Positions 1-9,498 of a stretch of DNA of 64,000 nt are shown one piece after another. The position numbers were made by a program, and so were the translations under genes. Below the pieces are notes generated by a model. It was not told the DNA's origin, ran no database searches, and saw only the letters and a list, made by a program, of their open reading frames with translations. Location of the stretch: the IMG/VR virus record IMGVR_UViG_3300036802_000003, positions 75,245 through 139,244 of that record; one strand, given 5' to 3'. The DNA comes from a virus. Taxonomy: Duplodnaviria > Caudoviricetes. Every line of letters begins with the position of its first letter. The first letter of the stretch is position 1.

Positions 1-11
1 TTAGGAGGTGC

Positions 12-161
12 ATGATGGAAGGACTAAAGAAAATAGTAGAAGCTACAGTAGACGGAGTACGGATCACAGGAGTCCTAGTTGCCAGTGAGAATGGCAAGTA
101 CGTAATACAGCTTGAGGATGGTAGCAGAGTAGTGTCTGATAATATCAAGGAGGTAGAATAG
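12..161 (+). CDS. small hypothetical protein (49 aa)
   Basis: Hand-translated ORF MMEGLKKIVEATVDG...IKEVE; strong SD AGGAGGTG at 3-10; stop abuts next start. Confidence 0.7.
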   Translation: MMEGLKKIVEATVDGVRITGVLVASENGKYVIQLEDGSRVVSDNIKEVE

Positions 162-162
162 A

Positions 163-843
163 ATGGCTAACTTTTTCTATATTACTGTCGATACTGTTGG
201 TCCAGCTAACCCTACAGCTAGCATAGAGAGTGGAGCACAATACACTACTAAACAACTTGTAAACATCGCTATAGGAACAACAGATGCTAGTACGGTTGGA
301 TACCAGATGAAGATTTGGGGAGATGTAGACAAGGCTTATGATTCTGATATTCAGGATATAGAGGCATCGTCTAACTGGATTTCTTATACAACTACGAAAC
401 AAATTAAGCTAACAGCAGGTGACGCAGATAAGAACATTAGTATCAAGATTAGAGATGATGTATTGAATGAATCAGCAGTAGCATCGGATGGTATCAAGCT
501 TAGTGCAACGTTACCAAACGTTACTTCAGTTGCTTCTGATGTACGTGTGTCTAAGAAGGCTACTAAAGATGGATACACATTCACCTTCTCTGCTGATAAG
601 CCATTTGTGGAGTACGCAGTTAAGGTAGTAGCTAATGCATCATCAGCACAGAACACAGGTACTACTATCCCAACTACTAACGGTTCTATTAACACAGCTG
701 GTACAGCAGGTAACTATGATACTTCTACTGTTCCTATCAACGTTACTATTAAGACAAATGACTTACTAGTAGCTAGCTCTGGTGATGGACAGAAGGGTAT
801 CAAAGTATTTGTTAAGGATGCCGCAGGGAACTGGAGTGCATAA
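163..843 (+). CDS. virion structural protein, tandem Ig-like (Big) domains; putative fibre shaft
   Basis: Beta-rich; N-terminal ITVDT..P and C-terminal DAAGNWS motifs typical of bacterial Ig-like repeats. Confidence 0.6.
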   Translation: MANFFYITVDTVGPANPTASIESGAQYTTKQLVNIAIGTTDASTVGYQMKIWGDVDKAYDSDIQDIEASSNWISYTTTKQIKLTAGDADKNISIKIRDDVLNESAVASDGIKLSATLPNVTSVASDVRVSKKATKDGYTFTFSADKPFVEYAVKVVANASSAQNTGTTIPTTNGSINTAGTAGNYDTSTVPINVTIKTNDLLVASSGDGQKGIKVFVKDAAGNWSA

Positions 844-845
844 TT

Positions 846-1298
846 ATGGGTAACTTTTTCACTATAACCGTAGATACTACACCTCCAACTATTGAGATTA
901 CACATCCCAGACAACCTATCTATGGGGCTAATACAGAGATTATAGTGAAAGCTAACGAAGAATTGGCAGAGTACCAGGGTCTGTACATTGTTGACAGTCT
1001 TGGTACTCGTCATTCTCTTATAGGTACGTTAGACTATGACACTATTACTTACAAGACTAACTTCATCGGTATAGCTCTAGGTACTTGCAGAATCTATTGT
1101 ACGGTAAAGGATGTTGTGGACAATATGTCAGAGGAATATGTATCAGTAATCAATCTAAGAACGTCAGCACTAGCTAATAAACAAGACTTAGAAGTAGGCA
1201 ACTACTCACTGATAACCATGGAAGTATGGGAGACACCAATTGTAGACATGGAAGTAGGTGTGATGCCTAGAGTCATCATAGAGGAAGGGGAGTGGTAA
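846..1298 (+). CDS. Ig-like structural protein, paralog of 163..843 N-terminus
   Basis: MGNFFTITVDTTPP matches MANFFYITVDTVGP; D..DN.S Ig motif. Confidence 0.55.
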   Translation: MGNFFTITVDTTPPTIEITHPRQPIYGANTEIIVKANEELAEYQGLYIVDSLGTRHSLIGTLDYDTITYKTNFIGIALGTCRIYCTVKDVVDNMSEEYVSVINLRTSALANKQDLEVGNYSLITMEVWETPIVDMEVGVMPRVIIEEGEW

Positions 1299-1299
1299 T

Positions 1300-1614
1300 A
1301 TGTTACAGAAGAACCAAGGAGCTATAGTATACCAGACAGGTAATACTCAGCGTTTCTGGTGTATGTTTAGAGACCACAATAACAAGATTATAGAGCCAGA
1401 CATGGTTAAGTTCCGTATCATGGATACAAAGACAGAGAAGCCAATAGAAGAGTTCGATGTACCTAAGACACAGAGAATAGAAGGTGCATACTATTACGAC
1501 TTCATACTGCCAGCTAAAGCTCAAATAATCACATACGAATGGTATAGCGAAACAGGAGGGTATCCAAACTTAAAGCGTAAGCAGTTCGACACTAAGTTCC
1601 TAGGACGTTGGTGA
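1300..1614 (+). CDS. putative structural adaptor protein (BppU-N/Ig-like)
   Basis: Operon context; YQTGNT...F.D...PD.V.F.I pattern. Confidence 0.35.
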   Translation: MLQKNQGAIVYQTGNTQRFWCMFRDHNNKIIEPDMVKFRIMDTKTEKPIEEFDVPKTQRIEGAYYYDFILPAKAQIITYEWYSETGGYPNLKRKQFDTKFLGRW

Positions 1615-1618
1615 GTAT

Positions 1619-2554
1619 ATGGGCGTAATAACAGATGGATTAATTGGATACTGGAATGCACAGAAGGATTGTACACCTACTTTGTGGAAGAATATTGCTC
1701 CTGCTACTGTAGGAACACTAGATGCGATTCCACAAGGAGGTAACCTAGTCATCGAGGGGGATGGCGTGGTTAACATAGCACCAAGATATTTAACAGTACC
1801 AGGCATTAACCTGTCTACAGGTCAGTCTACTATGGAGATAGTATTTTCTCTTAGGAGACCAGAGGATGCTACTAAGATGACAATGATTATGTTCGGTGTA
1901 GGGTTCGAGATGTTAGCCTTAGCTAAGACAGGTACCCAATTAAATGCACTAGGTGCTATCACTAGACCTGTTCAGCTTAACGTGGACACAGTGTTGGATG
2001 GTAAGACTCAGTTAGCAATAGTTAATACTGGTGGTGCTGGTGATGTATACATGAACGGTGTTAAGATTGGTACCATGCCTGGTCTAGGTAACTACACTAA
2101 GAACAACTATAATCTGTACCTTGGTGCATCATTCCTTAGTGGTACTGCTGGACAACAGTTCGATGGTAAGATACATGTGGCTAGAATGTATAACAAGGCA
2201 CTGACTCCTGCACAAATACTAGAGAACTATAACAGTTCCTCTGATATAGGACTCACCAATCCTGCACCATTAGTGACTATCACTAACATAACAAGGACTA
2301 CTGTGAGTAAGAAGCTAGGGGTAGACAAAGCTACTGTTACATTCAAGTTCGATAAGGATGTACAGAAGTATGAGTTTAGAGCAGGTGGTATGGGGCAAGG
2401 ACTTGGTGTACTATTAGGTGCAGGTACAAGTAAGACTGCTAACCAAGTCATTACCGCTGACCTATACTATTCTGACCAACTATTAGAAGGTATCAACAAG
2501 ATAAATATCTATGGACAAGATATGGCAGGCAACTGGACACCTTACGAATCCTAA
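1619..2554 (+). CDS. LamG/concanavalin-like lectin domain + C-terminal Ig-like domain; putative fibre tip/adhesin
   Basis: GLIGYWNA...FDGKIHVARMYNKALTPAQILENY is a LamG signature; C-terminus DMAGNWT is paralogous to 163..843. Confidence 0.7.
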   Translation: MGVITDGLIGYWNAQKDCTPTLWKNIAPATVGTLDAIPQGGNLVIEGDGVVNIAPRYLTVPGINLSTGQSTMEIVFSLRRPEDATKMTMIMFGVGFEMLALAKTGTQLNALGAITRPVQLNVDTVLDGKTQLAIVNTGGAGDVYMNGVKIGTMPGLGNYTKNNYNLYLGASFLSGTAGQQFDGKIHVARMYNKALTPAQILENYNSSSDIGLTNPAPLVTITNITRTTVSKKLGVDKATVTFKFDKDVQKYEFRAGGMGQGLGVLLGAGTSKTANQVITADLYYSDQLLEGINKINIYGQDMAGNWTPYES

Positions 2555-2596
2555 GGGCAGGGCTACTCTTTCTAGAGTGTTCCTGCCTTTTCTTTA
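2555..2596 (+). terminator. Rho-independent terminator
   Basis: AGGGCAGG...CCTGCCTT stem followed by T-tract after operon. Confidence 0.6.
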
Positions 2597-3562
2597 TGTA
2601 TAGAAATGGTAACCATACACAGATGTGTTTCGATGTAAAAGTTCAGGTGTCCAGAATCGTTTTATTTGGTATAACTTTCAACCATTTGAATAATGTATCG
2701 AAATACCTATAGTTTATAACTGTAACCGTCAGTTAGGAAGCAGTTATTAAAAGTAAAGTTTAGTTCAGTACTCACTGACACACACTTTACTGTGATAGCA
2801 AGCATCCAGAACGGAGCTAGAAAACATACGTTTAACTAGTGTTTTCTTACATGGAGAGCTTGCTATCAAGCGTACATCTCCTTTATAGTTGCTAGACAAT
2901 GAAGAGAGTTCTTTTATATAAGGACTCTCTTTTTTGTATGCCTTTATATCGTTACAACTCATCACTTTTCTCAATCTCCTATTTCTAAATCAATAAACTA
3001 AGGAGATGAATCCTATAGGATTTATGAGAATCATTTGAGTAGAAACGATATTTAGGGCATGTGCCCCAAAGGGGTGCTTGGTTACAAGGTAGCCAACACA
3101 ACTGGCAACAGGGGCTACCGAGCATGTACACGGAGCATAGCGGAGGTGTCAGCGGAGCCATACGGATGCATAGCGGAGTATGGAGGTATCCAGCGGATTA
3201 CCTGTAGCGTACCCTAGTTGACACTTGGGACAGGATAGTGTGGGTGGGAAACTATGCCTAAAAGTATAGGAATAGTTACTGAGTATATGGATGTACTCAG
3301 GGAATCCCAAGGATTTATAGGAATAGGAGAGTAGTTATGGATTCACAGTTCTATTAAGGTAGATGAGGACATACAGTAGGAAACAGAGTAGGGATTGGCG
3401 GAGAACACCCGTTTGGGGTGCCCGTACCGCCCCCTATAGGCACATCATAGCTAATTTTCCTACTCCAACTCACTTCTCTTATCTTACAAATTGCTACCTA
3501 CACACAGCCAAGATATGGCATCACTCACGTATAAAACTACTAAAGGAGAGTGCCACACTATT

Positions 3563-3868
3563 ATGTCAGAGAATAACTTCATTACCAGTAAGCCTCATCT
3601 AGGTACTGACTCCTCATACGGAGCAGACAGAGACCATATAGATAAACAATTCAACAGTATACAACAGGGCACTGCCCCTACGTGCATTGTATGCACGAAT
3701 ACGGCAAGCTACAAACTAATACCCAAACACTCACACAACAATACAGCGGAGATACAGGATAGAGGATATGTGTGTGAACACTGTCTTAAGCAACAGTATT
3801 TTAAACCAGAAGAGTATGGTATTAGAGCAATACCTACTACTAACAACCCTGGAGGTAGCCTACTATGA
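3563..3868 (+). CDS. hypothetical Zn-finger protein
   Basis: CxxC...CxxC; SD AAGGAG upstream of ATG 3563. Confidence 0.6.
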   Translation: MSENNFITSKPHLGTDSSYGADRDHIDKQFNSIQQGTAPTCIVCTNTASYKLIPKHSHNNTAEIQDRGYVCEHCLKQQYFKPEEYGIRAIPTTNNPGGSLL

Positions 3869-4578
3869 CTCACAGAAAGAAGCTAAGTATTGAGGAGTTA
3901 TCCACAGAAATGCTAGAAACAAGACACCATAAGCTAGAACGCCTAGTAAAGTGGGAACATGGGGAAGAGGTTAATGAGATGCTGCTTACAGGGGTATCTC
4001 CCCATAAGGTATCCGACTGGTGTAAGGAGCGTGGCTTCAACATATCACACCCTAAGCTATATGAATACAAAGACATGTTGCAGGAAGCTATAACAAAGCA
4101 GATAACAGTAGAACGTATGTTAGGTATAGGGATGCCAAAGCGTAAACCTATAGTACTTAATACCATAGCACTGCAAAACACTAAGCATATGGTAAAGAGT
4201 GAGATGGAAGTACTAGATGGTATCATACAGATTGGGATGAACAGTTTATATACCTCACCCACAGTAAAACTACAAGATGCTATGAAGGCTATAGAGCTAA
4301 AGCATAAATTAACTGGTGGTAACCATGGAGCACTCACTAGCTACGGTCTAGACCAGCTGAGAGCAGTAGAGCAAGCTAAGTTCCAGGCTATTATAGAAGT
4401 GGTTATGAAATACTTACCAGAGGATAAGCACACTGAACTAGAGCAGGCAATACTAGATGCAGAACGTAGCTACTATGAGAACTATGCACCAGAGCTATTA
4501 GAAGAGTATGAGAAGACTGTAGATGAGCAATACGGTGATGATAAAGATACAATAGTAGTATCAGATAGCCAATTCTAA
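3865..4578 (+). CDS. HTH DNA-binding protein (Mu gp27/DUF3486-like, terminase-small-like)
   Basis: VNEMLLTGVSPHKVSDWCKERGFNISHPKLYEY helix-turn-helix pattern; helical C-terminus. Confidence 0.4.
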   Translation: MTHRKKLSIEELSTEMLETRHHKLERLVKWEHGEEVNEMLLTGVSPHKVSDWCKERGFNISHPKLYEYKDMLQEAITKQITVERMLGIGMPKRKPIVLNTIALQNTKHMVKSEMEVLDGIIQIGMNSLYTSPTVKLQDAMKAIELKHKLTGGNHGALTSYGLDQLRAVEQAKFQAIIEVVMKYLPEDKHTELEQAILDAERSYYENYAPELLEEYEKTVDEQYGDDKDTIVVSDSQF

Positions 4579-4593
4579 AGGGGGTACTCACAG

Positions 4594-4770
4594 ATGAAAG
4601 AGATAACACTAGGTAATACAACGGTAACACAGACTGCTACAGAGATTAAGCTAAAGGTAAAGGATAAAGAAATAGATAAGATGGTTAGCCTAAATGGTGA
4701 GGCAGATATACGCAAACTAGAGAACCTAACGCCTATTGGTAAGACAATGGACATGGATCTATATAAATAG
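4594..4770 (+). CDS. hypothetical protein (58 aa)
   Basis: Hand-translated ORF MKEITLGNTT...; SD AGGGGG; terminator follows. Confidence 0.6.
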   Translation: MKEITLGNTTVTQTATEIKLKVKDKEIDKMVSLNGEADIRKLENLTPIGKTMDMDLYK

Positions 4771-4776
4771 TAGGAC

Positions 4777-4820
4777 TAGAGTATGGTACAAGAATGACAA
4801 GCCATACTCTATTTTTATTT
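4777..4820 (+). terminator. Rho-independent terminator
   Basis: TAGAGTATGG...CCATACTCTA + TTTTTATTT. Confidence 0.6.
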
Positions 4821-4847
4821 CTGTTAGTATATTAAGGAGGGATAACA

Positions 4848-5102
4848 ATGAATAGTATTAATGATATACAAAAGTCTATCAACCAGATTGGTATGGAAGG
4901 TGTAGTAAGGTATCTACCAAAGGGTATGAAGCTACATCCATGTGACCTACATGGGATGTTCCTATCCCACTATAAGGCAGAGAACCCTGTATGTCCTCTG
5001 TGTGTACAGACTGGTACAGGTGAAGGTACTACTGCTACTGATGTAGAGCATTATATTAACATTAGAGACATGCTAGCAGTACCTCATAACCCCCACGAGT
5101 AG
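4848..5102 (+). CDS. hypothetical Zn-binding protein
   Basis: CxxH...CxxC; strong SD. Confidence 0.6.
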   Translation: MNSINDIQKSINQIGMEGVVRYLPKGMKLHPCDLHGMFLSHYKAENPVCPLCVQTGTGEGTTATDVEHYINIRDMLAVPHNPHE

Positions 5103-5276
5103 GGTTTCTATGAGGGTTAGGTAGAAAATCGTTTCCAATTAACAAAAAAGACTAGGGAAGAGATAGCGAAACCGCATCTCTTCCTTTTTTATTTTTTCTT
5201 TGCGTCCTATGTAGGTTACATCAGTAGCACATCAAAACCGTATAGGGTCAGCCAGTAGAGTAGGCTAGAGTAACAA

Positions 5277-5313
5277 AACGTCCTTGACTTCCTCACCTCA
5301 CCATGACATAATT
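5277..5313 (+). promoter_or_regulatory. early sigmaA promoter (AACGTCC-TTGACT...TG.CATAAT)
   Basis: One of five near-identical promoters. Confidence 0.75.
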
Positions 5314-5388
5314 GCTTCAAGCGAGAGGGGCACACCACACAAGGGAATCCCACTCAACAAATATTCGAGAATAAAGGAGACGATAATT

Positions 5389-6207
5389 ATGGCATATCTA
5401 GTAAACGGTGAGGAAACAGTAGTAACAGTTAAAGAGGTAGGAGCTATCCTTGGTATGAAGGTAACTAAGAAGGGTATCCTAGCAGGCGAGTATCCAGAGG
5501 TAGAGGTTGTAGAAGTAGAAGATACTAAGGAGGATGTTAATATGGAAGAGAATACTTTAGTAGAAGCAGCGGTAGAAGAAGGTAAGCTAGAAATCGTTAT
5601 GGTAGGCGATGCACCTGCTACAGGTGAGCTAGAAGTAGTAGAGGAAGAGCAGGAGGAACTAGCTCTAGAAGAGGAGCCTATTGAGGAAGAGGTACATACT
5701 GAAGAGGAAGTACCTGCTCCTACTGAAGAAGAGCCTGTAGTAGAAGAGTCTAAAGAAGAGGTAGCAGACTGGAGAGCTATGGCTAAGAAACTTAAACAGC
5801 CAGAAGCTAAGGCTAAAGCTCCTAAGGTTAAGGAAGACCTAGCAGGTCAGGAAGTAGAGTACCCTGAAGTAGGACACTTTGACTCTATCGACGATATCAA
5901 GAAGTTCTACAAGCGCCTATCTATGGAGCAGGTTATGGAGTGGGCTGATATTGAGGGCTTAGAGTGGAAGGCTAACGATAACCCTGGTATCAATCGTATG
6001 AGAGTGTGCATGGCTATCAGTAACCACCACTTCCCTAAGAAGACTAGTGGTAAGAAGAAAGCTAAGTATGGTCACCTATCTACAGAGGATTTACTAGCAA
6101 TGGCTATTGAGAACGATGTAGAGGTAAGAGAGCCTAAGGGCGATAACGAAAATATCCTACGCATGTACACTATCATGGCTTTACGTGAAGCAGGACTATT
6201 AGCATAG
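5389..6207 (+). CDS. early protein, acidic linker + two helical repeat modules
   Basis: SD AAGGAG before ATG 5389; C-terminal ~120 aa paralogous to 11014..11424 and 12851..13252. Confidence 0.8.
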   Translation: MAYLVNGEETVVTVKEVGAILGMKVTKKGILAGEYPEVEVVEVEDTKEDVNMEENTLVEAAVEEGKLEIVMVGDAPATGELEVVEEEQEELALEEEPIEEEVHTEEEVPAPTEEEPVVEESKEEVADWRAMAKKLKQPEAKAKAPKVKEDLAGQEVEYPEVGHFDSIDDIKKFYKRLSMEQVMEWADIEGLEWKANDNPGINRMRVCMAISNHHFPKKTSGKKKAKYGHLSTEDLLAMAIENDVEVREPKGDNENILRMYTIMALREAGLLA

Positions 6208-6210
6208 GTG

Positions 6211-6249
6211 TTGCTAGCATAGCCCCTACGGGGGCTGTAGCACTGGAAC
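6211..6249 (+). repeat. conserved intergenic hairpin cassette copy 1 (TGCTAG-stem-TGGARC)
   Basis: Seven copies: 6211, 8001, 8398, 9799 (+); 10975, 12552, 12811 (-). Confidence 0.8.
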
Positions 6250-6283
6250 ATTATATGTTACCTAGATAAAAGGAGTGGTATAT

Positions 6284-6595
6284 ATGAATATCCCTACAGA
6301 GGTAAAGGCTGGACAGTATTTCGTTACATTCAACTTTGGAGCGTCTTGTATAGTAGATGGAGCTACAGGTGAGGTACTTTTCCTACACGATGAGGATGGG
6401 CTAGAAGATGGGGAAGGCTTTGTAATAGAGGAAGTATGTAATGAGGCTACTGGTGAGGAGCAACCGTGGTGCTTCCTAGTAAACAATAAGTTCTTCGTAG
6501 ATAAGATGGTAGCAGAGGGTACATGGTACTGTGTAGTAAGCGGTAACGGTACTGATGGCAACATTACAGGTATCTACAAAGGAGGTATGATTTAA
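6284..6595 (+). CDS. hypothetical early protein
   Basis: ORF with AAAGGAGTGG SD. Confidence 0.75.
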   Translation: MNIPTEVKAGQYFVTFNFGASCIVDGATGEVLFLHDEDGLEDGEGFVIEEVCNEATGEEQPWCFLVNNKFFVDKMVAEGTWYCVVSGNGTDGNITGIYKGGMI

Positions 6596-6915
6596 TGACT
6601 AGTGTACTAGTAAATAACAAATTGTTACCTGCTGAAGTAATGGAGGAGATAGCCTTAAAGTTAACTATGCAGTGTGTAGAGTGGGAGAACATAGAAGGGG
6701 ATATGTACCTAGTGCCTCCTAATATGCACGAGAATAATATGATGACTGTATGGGCACATGCTGATCATATGAACGAGATACCTGCACTAGATGACCTACC
6801 ACTCACTCATACGGAGGATATAAGTACTCATGGGGTTACAGTATCAGTGTATGAGGAATTCTACATTGACGTTACCTTCCTACACGTACTGGTGGTGAAT
6901 ACAGATGCCTCTTAA
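6595..6915 (+). CDS. hypothetical early protein
   Basis: ORF coupled to previous gene (TAATG). Confidence 0.75.
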   Translation: MTSVLVNNKLLPAEVMEEIALKLTMQCVEWENIEGDMYLVPPNMHENNMMTVWAHADHMNEIPALDDLPLTHTEDISTHGVTVSVYEEFYIDVTFLHVLVVNTDAS

Positions 6916-7135
6916 TATAGAGTACTCACAAGATGGGATAAGGGGTAGTAAGACATATGAGTCAATGAGTGCTATGCGTAGGTTTATAAAGACTAATGCA
7001 CTCACTGATTACGCATTAGCTAGGTATATAGGGGATAACCCCTATGATAAGAGTACCTACGCGATTATACAGCGTGGTAATGGCTATAAGCATAGTAGTG
7101 AGTATGACTATAAAAGGAGTGGATTGTATGAGTAA
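6905..7135 (+). CDS. hypothetical early protein
   Basis: ORF overlapping neighbours. Confidence 0.6.
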   Translation: MPLNIEYSQDGIRGSKTYESMSAMRRFIKTNALTDYALARYIGDNPYDKSTYAIIQRGNGYKHSSEYDYKRSGLYE

Positions 7136-7472
7136 GAAGGAAATGTATACCAGAGAAGAAGTAGAGCAGTGGGTAATAAACTTTGTACAGGAGCGTATAG
7201 CTGCTATTAAGCATAATGATAGTAACTATGAGGTAGAGGTAGATGACCTAGGAGACATCCTAGTACAGTTTAGAGTAGATGATATGTTAACTAAGTATAG
7301 TGCTACCGTCCTACAAGGACTACTAGAGCACTACCACGAGCAGTGGCTATCGTTCTACCAAGAGCACTATAGTGGGCTAGCCCTAATGAATCGTACCCAT
7401 GATAGCCTAGCCTATTACTATGAAGCATGGTACTACTTCTGTAGACCTGGTACCTATAAGCTAGACCTATAA
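7128..7472 (+). CDS. hypothetical early protein
   Basis: SD AAAGGAGTGG before MSKKEMY; terminator after (7472-7494). Confidence 0.7.
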   Translation: MSKKEMYTREEVEQWVINFVQERIAAIKHNDSNYEVEVDDLGDILVQFRVDDMLTKYSATVLQGLLEHYHEQWLSFYQEHYSGLALMNRTHDSLAYYYEAWYYFCRPGTYKLDL

Positions 7473-7590
7473 GCCCCTACATGGGGCTATTTTTATGCCT
7501 AGACGTCTCTATGGAGGGTAGGTAGAAAATCGCTTCAAATAAAACACTCCCACACTATAGGGTCAGCCCGTAACTAGGATACCAGTAGGC

Positions 7591-7626
7591 AACGTCCTTG
7601 AGATTTTCTCCCCTCCGTGCGATAAT
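7591..7626 (+). promoter_or_regulatory. early sigmaA promoter
   Basis: AACGTCC-TTGAGA...TG.GATAAT. Confidence 0.7.
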
Positions 7627-7686
7627 TTTGTTACGGGGGACGGGAACAACGTCAACCAGACTACAACACACTAGGAGGAAGATAAT

Positions 7687-7998
7687 ATGACAGTATCTAG
7701 AGAGGCAGTACAGGAAGCTTACCCTGTAGAGGTAGGAGTAGCAAACGTTCTTATACTAGGGGAGGCTACCGAAACGTTTGGTGGTACCCTACAACAGGTT
7801 ATACCGTATATCCAGGCTGGCTACAGCCACGTAGTAAGAGATAACTACCTAGACACGTGGGTAGCCACAGAACCTTTACAGTTTACTGCTAGGGATATAG
7901 CAGATATTAAGAGAGCTGTATCTCCAGGTACATATGTTACCCTAGAGAACGACACTAAGGTAGCAGTATATACAGTGTGTCTAGAAGAAGATATGTAG
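7687..7998 (+). CDS. hypothetical early protein
   Basis: ORF with AGGAGG SD. Confidence 0.75.
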   Translation: MTVSREAVQEAYPVEVGVANVLILGEATETFGGTLQQVIPYIQAGYSHVVRDNYLDTWVATEPLQFTARDIADIKRAVSPGTYVTLENDTKVAVYTVCLEEDM

Positions 7999-8075
7999 TC
8001 TGCTAGTACTTACCCTCAGGGGTAGGTATCCTGGAGCTTACATAAGAGCTACCTAGATAAAAGGAGTGGTATATA

Positions 8076-8396
8076 ATGAGTACAGCTAAATTAACTTCAG
8101 TAACGGTGTGTGTAGAAAGAACTATTAAGGTAGGTACAATATGTCGTGTCAATACCAGCTATGGATACCTAGGACTGGATAGTGGTGAGGTAGAGGTTAA
8201 GAAGATTGTACCTACATCTGAGCTACCTAAGTATATCGACCTGTATGCATGGGAGCAGTTCCAAGACGACCCTAGCGATGTACAGAACTGGCAGTGGGTA
8301 GGGTTCCAGTATACAGACCCTAAGCAACGTGAGGACGATGACCACTACGAGTACTTCCCTGTAGAGGAGTTTGCAGACCATATGAGTCAGCTATAG
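8076..8396 (+). CDS. hypothetical early protein (paralog of 9499..9795)
   Basis: SD; shared K.G...G.V.V...WV..[Q/K]Y...Y.P..[E/V]F pattern. Confidence 0.75.
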   Translation: MSTAKLTSVTVCVERTIKVGTICRVNTSYGYLGLDSGEVEVKKIVPTSELPKYIDLYAWEQFQDDPSDVQNWQWVGFQYTDPKQREDDDHYEYFPVEEFADHMSQL

Positions 8397-8468
8397 GTTG
8401 CTAGGGCAGGCGATACTATCGCCTTCCTTATGGAGCTAATAGCTACCTAGATAAAAGGAGTGGTATAT

Positions 8469-8867
8469 ATGTTGAGTAAGAAGATGACACCGGTAGCGTA
8501 CCTATATAGTGAGCGTGCTACAGCTACAGAGGTAGCAGAGTTTGTAAAGCGTGCTATGGGTATAGGGCTAACTAAGTTTGTAGAGGATGGGGAGCAGTTT
8601 AACCTATTAGCGCTACCTGAGGAGTACCCAGATGACTGGGTAGAAGACCTTATAAATGTAGTAATACCTACAGGAGCTATGCTACAAGAAGCAGTATGGC
8701 AGGGTAAGGATATCCCTGGTAAGACTCTATATGAGCACTATAGTGTGTGGGAAGTTAATAAGGTAGAGCGTAAGGGCGATGATAATAGAGCTATTATACG
8801 TAAGCAGAACGATAAGGATATCTACCTATTGTTCATAGACAACCCTTATGTGAGAAACCCTAGATAG
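8469..8867 (+). CDS. hypothetical early protein
   Basis: ORF after hairpin-RBS cassette. Confidence 0.75.
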   Translation: MLSKKMTPVAYLYSERATATEVAEFVKRAMGIGLTKFVEDGEQFNLLALPEEYPDDWVEDLINVVIPTGAMLQEAVWQGKDIPGKTLYEHYSVWEVNKVERKGDDNRAIIRKQNDKDIYLLFIDNPYVRNPR

Positions 8868-8880
8868 TCTAGGGTAGGGG

Positions 8881-8916
8881 AACGTCCTTGATGTTTCCCC
8901 TGCTCCATGGTATAAT
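8881..8916 (+). promoter_or_regulatory. early sigmaA promoter
   Basis: AACGTCC-TTGATG...TGGTATAAT. Confidence 0.8.
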
Positions 8917-8967
8917 TTTTTCAAGAGGAGCAGGGGTGCTCCTACTAGAGGCTAGGAGGAGATAGTA

Positions 8968-9273
8968 ATGATAAAGGTAACATATAAATCGAATGTAGAC
9001 TGTAATACTAAGGTGGCTATCATAGATGTAGATAAGGAGCAGGTAGTAAAGGATACCTCTAACGACGGTACTAAGCTAGTAGATGTATCGGAAGATATGA
9101 TCTGTACATTCGGTGTTATAGCCGATGGTAGGGACTATACTAGTTGGGGTACTGTGTACCACCTACTTATGAATAGCCTAGACGTTCCATATAAGGAGAC
9201 ACTAGGGCTAAACATAGAGGGTATCGAAGGCGTACCTATCCTAAAGCTAGAGCTAGCAGAGGAGGCAGAGTAG
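8968..9273 (+). CDS. hypothetical early protein
   Basis: ORF with AGGAGG SD. Confidence 0.75.
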   Translation: MIKVTYKSNVDCNTKVAIIDVDKEQVVKDTSNDGTKLVDVSEDMICTFGVIADGRDYTSWGTVYHLLMNSLDVPYKETLGLNIEGIEGVPILKLELAEEAE

Positions 9274-9274
9274 T

Positions 9275-9451
9275 ATGCACGAGTGTACCTACTGTGGGGT
9301 GTCTAGCCCCTCCCTATCATGGGATAGAGCTACTGCGGATGAGTTCCTAGGTGAGGGATACAGCATGGATATGATAGGTAGCATCAGTAAGCAGGAGGTA
9401 GATACTATCCACATATGTCCAAGTTGTAAAGCAGATACTATTATTAAATAG
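9275..9451 (+). CDS. Zn-ribbon microprotein (58 aa)
   Basis: Hand-translated MHECTYCG...ICPSCK; SD GGAGG. Confidence 0.65.
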   Translation: MHECTYCGVSSPSLSWDRATADEFLGEGYSMDMIGSISKQEVDTIHICPSCKADTIIK

Positions 9452-9498
9452 AGCTAGGGGCATAGCCCCTAGTACTTACATATAAGGGAGAGGTTAAT

